The position numbers and the translations under genes were made by a program. Shown here piece after piece: positions 44,036 through 53,468 of a DNA stretch of 64,000 nucleotides. The first letter of the stretch is position 1. Each line of letters opens with the position of its first letter. Under the pieces are notes generated by a model. It ran no database searches, was not told the origin of the DNA, and saw only the letters and a program-made list of their open reading frames with translations. Source of the stretch: Aureliella sp. (lineage in GTDB: Bacteria; Planctomycetota; Planctomycetia; Pirellulales; Pirellulaceae); the NCBI GenBank assembly GCA_963691875.1, contig OY829846.1, positions 512,001 through 576,000 of the forward strand, in the 5' to 3' direction.

Positions 44036-44249
44036 GCCGCGGGAAAAGAAGAAAGCCGCGGCGGGAAAGGGTCTTAAACAGCGACCGCAAGACCCTAGCT
44101 GTGGATCTAAGGCACTGCGTTCGCTGTCCCGCGGTTTTTGCAACCTAGGCTAGGTGTTAAACAAGAAGCAACAACCACCTAGCGTTAAGCTACCAGCTAG
44201 CGCGGGCCAACTTGCGGGATCAAGGGCCTTTCGCGGCCCCCCAGCCCGC
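44036..44249 (-). ncRNA. Candidate structured RNA downstream of the capsid remnant
   Basis: At least five stems and a 7-bp loop-to-flank complementarity within 214 nt (see findings); strand assumed from the capsid gene. Confidence 0.35.
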
Positions 44250-44258
44250 CATGTATTA

Positions 44259-44815
44259 CTACGAAGTGATTCCAGCCAAGCGATGGAATGCCGAAGGATC
44301 GACTACGGCCGAGTCACCTCTCCACACGACCTTGAAGAACAAAGAATCTTCTTGGAATCCAACGTCTTGGCTGACTTCGATTCTCGCTTGTTCTCTCACA
44401 CCGAAGATAGTTTTCGAAAAATCGCCAACCACGGCTTGTGATAGTGGGCAATTGTTCGTCGCGTAGTACGAAAGGTCAGCCACCGAACTTGGGGCGGGCA
44501 CCCAACCCTTCATCGAGTTTGTGCCATCGCCAGCAGGAAGCACTTGCAAGTCTTCGTACGCTTGCACGCCGAGAATCATGCTGTTCGGTTCGTGGTTAGC
44601 CAAGCGAACTTGAGCCGCTGCTGCTGCAACGTCTTCCCACGCGATAGCACCGATAGTGCCAGTCTCAGAGACTCCGCTATCGTTCAAAATTCCGAGCGGC
44701 TCACCAGATCCCGTACCTTGGATAGCGTAGGAGTCTACTTGCTGAGCCAATGCAGATGCAGCGAAAGTCTTGAACCATCTGGCTAAAGTTGGGCGTGTCG
44801 AAGGTCAACTCTCTT
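44259..44815 (-). pseudogene. HK97-type phage major capsid protein, C-terminal remnant
   Basis: ALAQQVDSYAIQGTGSGEPLGILN, AVVGDFS, FQEDSLFFKVVWRGDSAVVDPSAFHRL; frameshift near 44770 to an upstream RELTFDTPNFSQMVQ; N-terminal half absent. Confidence 0.85.
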
Positions 44816-45111
44816 AAGTTGTCGTCCGCCGCACAAGACAGTGCAGCGACAGCTGAACCGCGTATCCAGAGGGAGATGCTGGTAATGCCGAACCCAGGCT
44901 GCGGACAGGAACCGCGAACTGGCAGGTTCCTAGTCGCCAAGACACGCCGTCCGTCGCCAGACTACGTGGTGACCTTGCGGCTTTTTATGCGGTGCCCGGA
45001 TCGAGCTAGTTGCATTATTGGTGGCGTAGCGGCTGAAGCCCCGGCCGGTGACGGTCACACGCAAAGCGGAGCTTGCCTGAGCATCCGTGAGCTGAGGGTG
45101 GCTAAAAATCG

Positions 45112-47250
45112 CTAGCGGCCGATTCCGGCGATCCATATCAGAAGGCCGAGTACGACAAAGCAGGCTAGGACGGAGATTGTGAAACCGATGATGTCTTTGG
45201 TCGTGGGTTTGACGAACTCCAGATCACTGTTCGGGAACAGCTTGCGGTCCTTGGCGTAGTCCGTCGAGGAATATGCAGCTTCGAGATTCGCAGAGTCCCG
45301 CGCTGGATCGGCGTCAACTTCGGTATTCATCTTAGCGTAATAGTGATGCAAACTCTTCTCGGTATTGCGAGGCGTGAACAGTGAGCAGAGTACGAGGATG
45401 ACGAAGGGCAGTAGGACACGCGGTGGAAGCCTTAGTGTTTCCAGCGTTGCTTTGGACGCTCCACTTAAGTCGATTCCAATCAGGCTGTAGAGCAGGAAGT
45501 CGACTTTGAACGTGCCTTGACCAATGAATTCTCCAGACCTCTTTTGAACGACGGTTCGAACGGAGTTTTTCGTCTCATCGGAAAGCGTTTCAAGTTTTGT
45601 TTCGCCCCCGGCTTTCAATGAACTCCAAAATAAGGCTTTACCACCGCTTCGGATCTGAAGTGAGATGGGCTCGCCGACGGGAGCGGTCGGTGGTTCCGTC
45701 CCAAGTTTCTTCAGTAGCTTCTCGTTACCCTCAGCGAGAGCCTGCTGATGCACTTTCAGCCAGGCTTCGTGGCGGGCGACGTCCGCAGCGGTGGCTGGGC
45801 GCGTAAAGGTCTTGGTGACGCGGTTTGATTCGACTGCAAAGCTCTGGTTTTCTTTGAGACCCGGTAAAGCTGGTAGGACGAGCGGCAGCAAAAAGAAGAA
45901 CATCAGTGAGAACGTGATCGTGATCCAAACTGCGGTTCGATTCGCTCTACGCCAATACATTCCGATCCAAAACGGTGCGGCGAATAAGATCGGTAACTCG
46001 ATCGCAAGTTTAAATTGCTCGAAGACATTGGCCCAAAGCAACGATATCGTGCTGGCGCCGATGATGATCGATAAGCCGGTAAGGCGTCCCACGGTCAAGT
46101 AGGTCTTCTCATCCGCCTTGTCGTCGATGTAGGCGGCGTAGATATTCCGCGTGACTAAAGCGCTTGTGACGATCATATAAGCGTCAGCGGAGCTCATCAT
46201 TGCAGCCAGCAAACAAGCTAGCATCAATCCGACTAAGCCGAGGTTTAGCGGCCCAAGGATCTCTTTCGCTGCGACGCCCCAAACGCGATCGGGATCTTTC
46301 AGAATGTCGACGCTGTCGGCAAAAAGTGCCAAAGCAATCAGAGCGGTGATTGCCCATCCGACCGTACATAAACGTTTTAGGAAGTTTCCAACGACCAAAC
46401 CAATGCGTGCTTCATCCTCAGCCTTGGCCGATCCGCCCCCAGTTGCAATGAAGTGCGGCTGAACGACTATCGTAACGATACCCAAGATGCTAAGCGACAC
46501 GATATACAGAGGCGGAAACTCACCTGCACTGGGACCGCCGAATAGATTGAAGTAATCATCCGAAACACGCTCGTGCAATATGTTGAAGCCAGCCCACATA
46601 CTTTGAGTTGCTGGATCTCCAAACTGCTCTACTAAGGCACTGAGCCCGAAAGGAATGAGCAGCACCGAAAGCAGGATGATGAAGACGCCTTGAATCAAGT
46701 CTGTGTAGTAGGCGGCGGTGAGACCTCCAAGTACGCCGTAGACGATGACGATCGTTGCCAATCCTGGCACCAAAACGAACTTGAGATCCATCCCCCAAAT
46801 TTCTTCCATGCCGAGCATTGGTACCGCGATCTTGGCGATCGCGGTGAACATGGTCGAGAGGTAAAAGATGTAGAAGGTGAAAGCGAAGACCGTGTAGGCG
46901 ACCCCCATGGCCTTCGACTCGTACCTTTCCACGAACCAATCGCCCAGTGTTAGGTGACGCATCCGCCGATACCATACCGCGGTCACCCAATAGACAGGGG
47001 TGACGAAGAGCCACATCAAAGCGGACCAAACGCCGCTCAAGCCGCTGGTCCACGCGGTTCGTCCGACGGTGCCAGGCTCGTGGGCACCTGTTCCCGCGCC
47101 GAACGCGGCAAAGGTCTGCAAGAGCTTGCCGAAACCGCGGCCTCCCATAAAGTACTCTTCTTGCTTGTTTACTCGCCGCATCGCCCAGATGCCTATGCTG
47201 ACCATGACGGTGAAGTAGCCGAAGAGAACGATGTAGTCGATAGTTTGCAT
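45112..47250 (-). CDS. Sodium:solute symporter (SSS) family transporter
   Basis: DYIVLFGYF...EEYFMGGRGFG, YGVLGGLTAAYYTDLIQG, LLAAMMSSAD; many TM helices. Confidence 0.93.
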   Translation of the reverse strand: MQTIDYIVLFGYFTVMVSIGIWAMRRVNKQEEYFMGGRGFGKLLQTFAAFGAGTGAHEPGTVGRTAWTSGLSGVWSALMWLFVTPVYWVTAVWYRRMRHLTLGDWFVERYESKAMGVAYTVFAFTFYIFYLSTMFTAIAKIAVPMLGMEEIWGMDLKFVLVPGLATIVIVYGVLGGLTAAYYTDLIQGVFIILLSVLLIPFGLSALVEQFGDPATQSMWAGFNILHERVSDDYFNLFGGPSAGEFPPLYIVSLSILGIVTIVVQPHFIATGGGSAKAEDEARIGLVVGNFLKRLCTVGWAITALIALALFADSVDILKDPDRVWGVAAKEILGPLNLGLVGLMLACLLAAMMSSADAYMIVTSALVTRNIYAAYIDDKADEKTYLTVGRLTGLSIIIGASTISLLWANVFEQFKLAIELPILFAAPFWIGMYWRRANRTAVWITITFSLMFFFLLPLVLPALPGLKENQSFAVESNRVTKTFTRPATAADVARHEAWLKVHQQALAEGNEKLLKKLGTEPPTAPVGEPISLQIRSGGKALFWSSLKAGGETKLETLSDETKNSVRTVVQKRSGEFIGQGTFKVDFLLYSLIGIDLSGASKATLETLRLPPRVLLPFVILVLCSLFTPRNTEKSLHHYYAKMNTEVDADPARDSANLEAAYSSTDYAKDRKLFPNSDLEFVKPTTKDIIGFTISVLACFVVLGLLIWIAGIGR

Positions 47251-47486
47251 GGCAAGCGGGGTGGCAGGAAGTGTTGGAGGGGCGAGTCACAGGGCAGCAG
47301 AGATTGTAGCAATAATTGCACAGCGAAAATGCGAGTTTCATGAAGTGGCTCCGCCAGCGATTGGTATGCTTTGCCTCGACTGTCGCAGGTAGGGAACGAG
47401 CCAGTTTTCGGCAACCACAGACTGTTTCTGTTAGACTTGGCGTAGCTTCCCTCGTCTGCTTTCCCACTCTGATAGCGAGCAGTCCT

Positions 47487-48077
47487 ATGAGCGAATTACC
47501 GAAATGGGCCAGCGTGGCTCTTCTCACACGATGCGCGAAGTTGCTCGAACCGTACTTGGTGCAAACTTGGCGCACACCTCCGGAAGGAGCTTTTGATCTG
47601 ATTGCAGAGACGCTTCGCATTTGCGCCGATGCTGCCACTGCCGGAAAAGATCCAGACAGCATGAATGAGTTCGAGCTTTCCACGATTCTCAGCAACTTTG
47701 AAGCGGTCGCTGAAGCAGAGGCATCTGGCGAAACGGGCAAGGCAAATATCGCTGAGTTTGCGAAACATATTCCCGAGGATGCGAAGGATGCCAAAGTTGT
47801 TCACTACATTTTGGAAGTGATAGCGCATTGCCAAAAAACAGCCCGAGCGAAGGTTCCCAAGCAAAGCTACAAGCAAATGGTAAAAGGTTTAACCTGGGCA
47901 TTCTCTGCCATTGCGGCACTGGAACTGCCTGAACTTGGAAAGCAGATCAACGCGGAACGGTCGCGACTGGAGTCCAAGTGTGAAGAGTTCCCAAAGGATG
48001 TGTCGACAAGAGTGGATTGGACCAAAGGCGACTGGCACGTTTCGCTACCGCGGCCTTGGTGGAAGTTTTGGGCTTAA
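47487..48077 (+). CDS. Hypothetical helical protein with C-terminal PWWKFW motif
   Basis: MSELPKWASVALLTRCA...RPWWKFWA; start placed at ATG 47487. Confidence 0.7.
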   Translation: MSELPKWASVALLTRCAKLLEPYLVQTWRTPPEGAFDLIAETLRICADAATAGKDPDSMNEFELSTILSNFEAVAEAEASGETGKANIAEFAKHIPEDAKDAKVVHYILEVIAHCQKTARAKVPKQSYKQMVKGLTWAFSAIAALELPELGKQINAERSRLESKCEEFPKDVSTRVDWTKGDWHVSLPRPWWKFWA

Positions 48078-48249
48078 TCGCGGACTCAGTCTGATAGATT
48101 CAACCGCTTAATCTCCTTTGATTCCAAGATCGCTGATGTGCATTCGAAGAAGGAGCTATCACGGAGTCTATCCACGATTAAGAATGTCGTCGGATCTAAT
48201 CTCATCATACTCTGGTGAAAAATACCGAAACAATGTGTGCGACAAGGCG

Positions 48250-48797
48250 GTGACAAGTAATCAACTTAGCCTAGACGAGCAGCTAATTGAAATTCGCAGG
48301 AATAAATTCCTGGCGATGCCAATCGCAGGTGCAGTTGCCTGGACCGGAATCGCAATTTCGTTGATCTTTGAGTCTACGATTGCTAAATGCATGAGTGTGT
48401 TCGTAGGAACGAGCGCGATCTACTACCTCGGGGGATTCGTTTCCAAACTCACAGGAGAGAACTTACTGGGAAAGAAGGACGCTAAGAACCTCTTTAATAC
48501 GATCTTCTTGTATGCTGTTGCACAAGCCCCCGGTGTATACGCAATCGCCATTCCATTCTTCATGCTGGAGGCGGAATCACTAACGCTGAGCGTCGTAATC
48601 CTAACCGGGCTCATGTGCTACCTTTTTCTGCGCTGGTCGGTCATTGGGTGGGTATCTTTCATGCGTTAACACGCAGCATTCTCCTTCTGTCGGTTTGTTA
48701 CGCCTTTCCCGAGTTCCGGTTTACAGGATCGGCGATCGCGATTGTCGGGGTCTAGTTGATCACGCTCAGGATCTTGCTTCAGCGAAGGATGCCTTGA
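48250..48797 (+). pseudogene. Membrane protein (DUF7010-like) with a frameshift and a nonsense codon
   Basis: FLAMPIAGAVAW...SLTLSVVILTGLM, then a frameshift near 48616 continuing as LPFSALVGHWVGIFHALTRS...; TAG at 48753. Confidence 0.7.
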
Positions 48798-48955
48798 GCA
48801 GATTCCGTGGGCCAATTCAAAATCGGACAAAACTGAAAGCAGAAGACGCCAGCGGGAAGCTCCAGACAGCCGATCTTCTTTCCCAAGCACTCTAGGTGTG
48901 GAGGGCCAATGTGGGCTAAAATTGTGTGAGTCCATCTGCTCAGGGTTAGGATTCT

Positions 48956-50899
48956 TTGGCTAACGGAAAGCTTAACGCGATCATTCGATTTCTTCGTACG
49001 GCGGTACGTAGGTTCGTTGGTGGTTGGAGCTTGGAAAGAAAAAGTCTTCTTTTTCTTGGGTTTGCATTACTTCTGCCAATCGGACTCTCGTTCTGGTTCG
49101 TGCTACAGTTTTTGGCCGACCGTCTGGTAATGCAAACAACTCGTCAAAAAGCCCGAGACTACGCGCGAGACGCAGTGGCTTGGCACCATGTGGAAAAATT
49201 AGGATCAGAATTTGTTTTCCCCGGTGACGGCACGGCGACTCTTTTTAGCTCGGATGTCTACGAGATCCTGCGCGAGAAGTTTGTCGAGAACAATTCGTAT
49301 TCTGCAGCCGAATATATGATGTTGCTTGAGGAAGAGCAGTACAGCAACTTCAATATCTCATTTACGCCAGATCGTGATCGTGAGCTCACCATCCTTCGGA
49401 AGCTCGAAGAATTGTTTCGAGAGCAATTAAAGAAGCTCAAGGACGCTGAAACTCGAGTGCTGCTGGACTATCAACGAAGAAAAGGTGAGGAGGAAATCGC
49501 GCTGGCATTAACGGAAGACGAACGCGAAGAACTATTTGCGGCAGACGCGGACATGGTCAACATTCGACGTTCGCTAGATCTGCTGTATCGGGAAGAAGGC
49601 CCTTACCTGCCGCAGGGAAAGGAACTCGATCGACTAATCGCCAGCGGAATTGCGAAGACAGTGCCTGAAGACGGATGGTACGTCTATTATCACGCCATCA
49701 ATTTCACTCATCCTCTGTGCTTAGAATGCCACCCGAAGTACAAGAATACCACCAAACCGAATATACCAACGGTGCCATTCCGTGCCGTGCGCGTGATGAT
49801 TCCTTACGCTGAGACCCAAGTTGCCTCGACGCCCGCTTTGGCTGTGATGATTGCAATCGCGATGGTGACGATTGCTATGACGCTTTTTGTTGTGCATTGG
49901 GTGTTTCGGCGGCTCGTGCTTGAGCCGATGAGGCACTTGCAAAGTGTGAGCGACGCGATAAGCCGTGGCAATACCGACCTTAGAGCTAATCTTGATACCG
50001 GTGACGAGTTTAGTGAATTGAGCGAGGCGTTCAATCGAATGCTCCGTAAAGTAACGGATGACCAAGAGTCGCTCCAGTCATTGAATCAAGAGTTGGACGT
50101 GAAAGTCGACGAGCTCGCCCAGGCAAACTTGAGTTTGTTCGAGGCAAATCGCTTGAAGAGTGACTTCCTTGCCAATATGAGTCACGAATTGCGTACGCCG
50201 CTTAACAGCATTATCGGCTTCAGTGATGTGCTTCACGATATTGATGCCTTGACAGATAAGCAGCGACGGTATGCCAATAATATTCAGTCTAGCGGTAAAG
50301 TCTTGCTGGACATGATCAATGAGATTTTGGATCTCGCGAAGATTGAAGCAGGCAAGATGCAGGTTGCTGCCTGCAGCTTTGATTTAAAAGATCTCGTTTC
50401 CTCTCAGTGTGATGTGATGCGTCCTTTGGTGGATGAGAAGAATGTGGATCTGCAAACGCACTTCGAAGGAGATAACTTCGAGCTCTTTCAGGACCGCCCG
50501 AAACTTCAGCAAATTTTGACGAACCTTCTCTCCAATGCCATCAAGTTTACACCTGACGGAGGCATGATCCATGTGCGTGCACGACTTCACGACGAGGGCT
50601 TGTCCATGCCGATGTTTGAGATCGAAGTAGCTGACACCGGGGTCGGGATTCCCGAATCAGACTTTGAAATCATTTTTCAGAAATTCAGGCAGAGCAATGC
50701 AGTGCTCGAGAACGACGGACTCACGAGGCAATACGCTGGAACCGGACTCGGGCTTTCGATAGTCCGAGAGTTGTGCAAGTTGCTTGGTGGTGAAATCCAC
50801 TTGCGGAGCCAACTCGGAACAGGAAGTACCTTCACGGTTAAGATGGCAGCTTTTCTTGATGCGGGCGAGCTACCAGCAAGTGAGAAGGGTGTGCTTTAG
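48956..50899 (+). CDS. Membrane sensor histidine kinase with HAMP and extracytoplasmic heme-c motif
   Basis: Two TMs, CLECH in the sensor region, HAMP, FLANMSHELRTPLN, NLLSNAIKFT, DTGVGI, GTGLGL. Confidence 0.93.
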   Translation: MANGKLNAIIRFLRTAVRRFVGGWSLERKSLLFLGFALLLPIGLSFWFVLQFLADRLVMQTTRQKARDYARDAVAWHHVEKLGSEFVFPGDGTATLFSSDVYEILREKFVENNSYSAAEYMMLLEEEQYSNFNISFTPDRDRELTILRKLEELFREQLKKLKDAETRVLLDYQRRKGEEEIALALTEDEREELFAADADMVNIRRSLDLLYREEGPYLPQGKELDRLIASGIAKTVPEDGWYVYYHAINFTHPLCLECHPKYKNTTKPNIPTVPFRAVRVMIPYAETQVASTPALAVMIAIAMVTIAMTLFVVHWVFRRLVLEPMRHLQSVSDAISRGNTDLRANLDTGDEFSELSEAFNRMLRKVTDDQESLQSLNQELDVKVDELAQANLSLFEANRLKSDFLANMSHELRTPLNSIIGFSDVLHDIDALTDKQRRYANNIQSSGKVLLDMINEILDLAKIEAGKMQVAACSFDLKDLVSSQCDVMRPLVDEKNVDLQTHFEGDNFELFQDRPKLQQILTNLLSNAIKFTPDGGMIHVRARLHDEGLSMPMFEIEVADTGVGIPESDFEIIFQKFRQSNAVLENDGLTRQYAGTGLGLSIVRELCKLLGGEIHLRSQLGTGSTFTVKMAAFLDAGELPASEKGVL

Positions 50900-50901
50900 T
50901 T

Positions 50902-51990
50902 GTGACTGATTTTGGCGAAGGCTCAAATGAAAAAATTGAAGTCGGACTCGATATTGGTGGTGCAAATCTGAAACTGGCTTGGCGACAAGGCGACCAATCC
51001 GGCGCCGTCTCCAAGTACTTTCCGATGTGGCAGGAGTATGGCAATTTGAGCCAGGCAATCCGCGATTTGCTACTGGAATTGCACGAGATACCGACTCAAA
51101 TTGCCGTAACGATGACAGGGGAGTTGGCGGATTGTTTCGCGTCCCGTTCGATAGGTGTTGCCTCAATCCTGCAGGCTGTGCAGGAAGCGAGGCAAAAAAT
51201 CCCAACTGTGGTTTACTCGGTTGACGACCAGTGGTTTCCGCTTGACGAGGCGATTGCCAGTTTGCCTGGGACGACTTGGGGGTTTGCTGCTAGCAACTGG
51301 AAGGCGCTTGCAACTTGGGTAGCACAACGTCCAGAGTTTGTAGGTCGATCCGGCGTCCTCGTGGATATCGGATCGACCACTGTGGATGTGATCCCTTTTG
51401 TATATGGAAGCGTTACGACTCCAGCCAAGACTGATCATGATCGCTTGCTCACAAAACAGCTTGTCTACACCGGACTAGAACGCACACCGATTTGCGCGAT
51501 CGTTTCTTCATTGAAGGTCGGAGATTCAGAGTGTCCGATTATAGCCGAGCGATTTGCGGAGTCGCAGGACGCTCATCTACTACTCGGCGAACTCGCAATC
51601 GATGCAAACTGTCGTGACACAGCGGACGGGCGACCAAGGATTCCAGAATTCGCAGCCGCGAGGTTAGCTCGAATGGTTGGCGAAGATAGCACGAGAATGA
51701 AGAACGAAAACTTAATCGAGATCGCAGGGCAGGTCGTTCAAGCTCAGGTAGATCAAGTCGTTCACGCTATAAATCAGAACCTACCTGACGCGGTTGCCAG
51801 TCAACTTCCCACGGTGTGTTTTTGTGGACACGCCAGTGGAATGTTCAAAAGAATCGCGGACGCACTGCAGTTTCCTGCCGAGACGGTACAGCTGGCCGAT
51901 ATCGTCGGTGAGGATATTGCGAGAAGTGCGCCCGCGTTTGCTTTGGTGGAGCTGTCGCAGAACGCAGCGTCGCATCGTGAAGCAAGTTGA
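50902..51990 (+). CDS. Hydantoinase/oxoprolinase-fold H4MPT/methanofuran-linked C1 protein (MfnF/Orf9-like)
   Basis: GLDIGGANLK, VTMTGELADCF, ASNW, DIGSTTVDVIP, LVYTGLERTP, TADGRP, RLARMVGED. Confidence 0.88.
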   Translation: MTDFGEGSNEKIEVGLDIGGANLKLAWRQGDQSGAVSKYFPMWQEYGNLSQAIRDLLLELHEIPTQIAVTMTGELADCFASRSIGVASILQAVQEARQKIPTVVYSVDDQWFPLDEAIASLPGTTWGFAASNWKALATWVAQRPEFVGRSGVLVDIGSTTVDVIPFVYGSVTTPAKTDHDRLLTKQLVYTGLERTPICAIVSSLKVGDSECPIIAERFAESQDAHLLLGELAIDANCRDTADGRPRIPEFAAARLARMVGEDSTRMKNENLIEIAGQVVQAQVDQVVHAINQNLPDAVASQLPTVCFCGHASGMFKRIADALQFPAETVQLADIVGEDIARSAPAFALVELSQNAASHREAS

Positions 51991-51993
51991 ACT

Positions 51994-52617
51994 ATGTCAA
52001 TAAGCAAAGTACGCGTAGTGAAAGTAGGCGGGAGCTTGCTTGACATGCCGAATCTTGGCCAACGCCTCGCCAGTTGGCTGAGCGCGCAACCGCCTGCGGT
52101 GAACTTGCTTGTCGTCGGAGGTGGAGGATTGGTGAATGCCGTCCGCGATTTGGATAGCAAGCACCATTTTGATGCAGAATTCATTCATTGGCAGTGTGTA
52201 GATTTGCTAGACAAGACTTCCGCAATTTTCGATGAACTCCTGCCAAGATCGCTCGAGCATCGATTGATTAGGCAACGAGAGGAACTAAGTTCGTACCTGG
52301 ACTCCTATGACAAGCAATCATCATCATTAGCGGTGGTGAGTCCTGCGGCGTTCTATGCAAGAGGGGGAAGCGAAGAGGTGCTACCAAATAGTTGGGACAC
52401 CACAACAGATTCAATTTCTGCGTTTCTTGCGATGAGTATTTCGGCCGCAGAATTGGTACTACTCAAGTCGGCTGCTCCTCCGAGTGCCGAGAATGTTGAG
52501 TACGGCGGGGCGGAACATTGGACGGAGCTTGCGGAGCATGGCTACGTCGACGCGAGCTTCCCTCGTATTGCATCGTGCGTTAAGAAGATACGATGCGTGA
52601 ACTTCCGCGGTTTCTGA
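51994..52617 (+). CDS. Amino-acid-kinase-fold protein (MfnE/Orf21-like)
   Basis: VVKVGGSLL, VVGGGGLVNAVR, LPNSWDTTTDSISA, LVLLKS, GYVDASF; starts 3 nt after the MfnF-like gene. Confidence 0.85.
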   Translation: MSISKVRVVKVGGSLLDMPNLGQRLASWLSAQPPAVNLLVVGGGGLVNAVRDLDSKHHFDAEFIHWQCVDLLDKTSAIFDELLPRSLEHRLIRQREELSSYLDSYDKQSSSLAVVSPAAFYARGGSEEVLPNSWDTTTDSISAFLAMSISAAELVLLKSAAPPSAENVEYGGAEHWTELAEHGYVDASFPRIASCVKKIRCVNFRGF

Positions 52618-52629
52618 TAAGATTATGGC

Positions 52630-53427
52630 ATGAGTAACGTATCCGAAATTTGCGATTGGATGGGAGCGGTGGCGCCCTTGGCTTTGACCGAGTCCTGGGA
52701 TAACACCGGATTGCTGCTTGGGTGCCCGAGGCACGAAGCCAATCGTGTACAAACTTGTTTGACGCTGACTCCAGAGACGACATCCGAGGCAATCGAGCGT
52801 GACGCACAGTTGGTGATTGTGCATCATCCGCTGCCCTTCAAAGCTTTGAAGCGGATGACCACGCAAACTACAGCTGGATCGATGCTGTGGCAGCTCGCCA
52901 ATGCTGGTTGTAGCATTTACGCACCGCACACGGCCTGGGATTCTGCTGAATTCGGAATTAATGCTTTGCTTGCGGAAAAGCTGAATCTGCAAGGCGTCGA
53001 GCCAATCATCAATATCGCGAATCCCGAACATCCGGGCTTGGGAGCAGGTAGGATTGGAGACCTGCCAGATTCGATGAGTGCACAAGGTCTAGCATCACTG
53101 TTGTCGGGCCTGCCCGGTTACCGACCAAGAGCGGTGTTTCCTCAAAAGGACGTTAAACGTGTTGCGATTGCTTGCGGCAGCGGAGGGAGTTTATTGAGCG
53201 ATGGTTTGGCCTCCGGTTGTGATTTATTCTTAACCGGGGAGGCAACCTATCATACTTGTTTGGAGGCGGAGGCCGCGGAGTGTGCCATGCTTATGGTTGG
53301 GCACTATGCGAGCGAACGTTTTGCGATGGAACAGCTTGCTCATGAGCTTGCAGCTCAATTCCCCGCGATTGAATGCTGGGCCAGCGAACGAGAAAGCGAT
53401 CCGGTACAAGCGATTGCACTCCCTTGA
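52630..53427 (+). CDS. Nif3-like dinuclear metal-centre protein
   Basis: ESWDNTGLL, VHHPLPF, HTAWD, CGSGGS, TGEATYH, GHYASE. Confidence 0.93.
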   Translation: MSNVSEICDWMGAVAPLALTESWDNTGLLLGCPRHEANRVQTCLTLTPETTSEAIERDAQLVIVHHPLPFKALKRMTTQTTAGSMLWQLANAGCSIYAPHTAWDSAEFGINALLAEKLNLQGVEPIINIANPEHPGLGAGRIGDLPDSMSAQGLASLLSGLPGYRPRAVFPQKDVKRVAIACGSGGSLLSDGLASGCDLFLTGEATYHTCLEAEAAECAMLMVGHYASERFAMEQLAHELAAQFPAIECWASERESDPVQAIALP

Positions 53428-53468
53428 ACGCAAACGCCAATGAATCCTTCACTATCAAGACGAAGTTG

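Larger units (their letters stand above)
42300..45110. mobile_element. Decayed prophage/phage-satellite remnant
   Basis: HK97-type capsid fragment, tiny coupled ORF, long non-coding tracts and a cargo gene between two intact chromosomal genes. No integrase or att repeats found; boundaries approximate. Confidence 0.55.

Noticed and set aside
46556..47794. 412-aa minus-strand ORF
   Set aside because: Overlaps the SSS gene in another frame and the plus-strand 47487 gene; Arg/His-rich shadow composition
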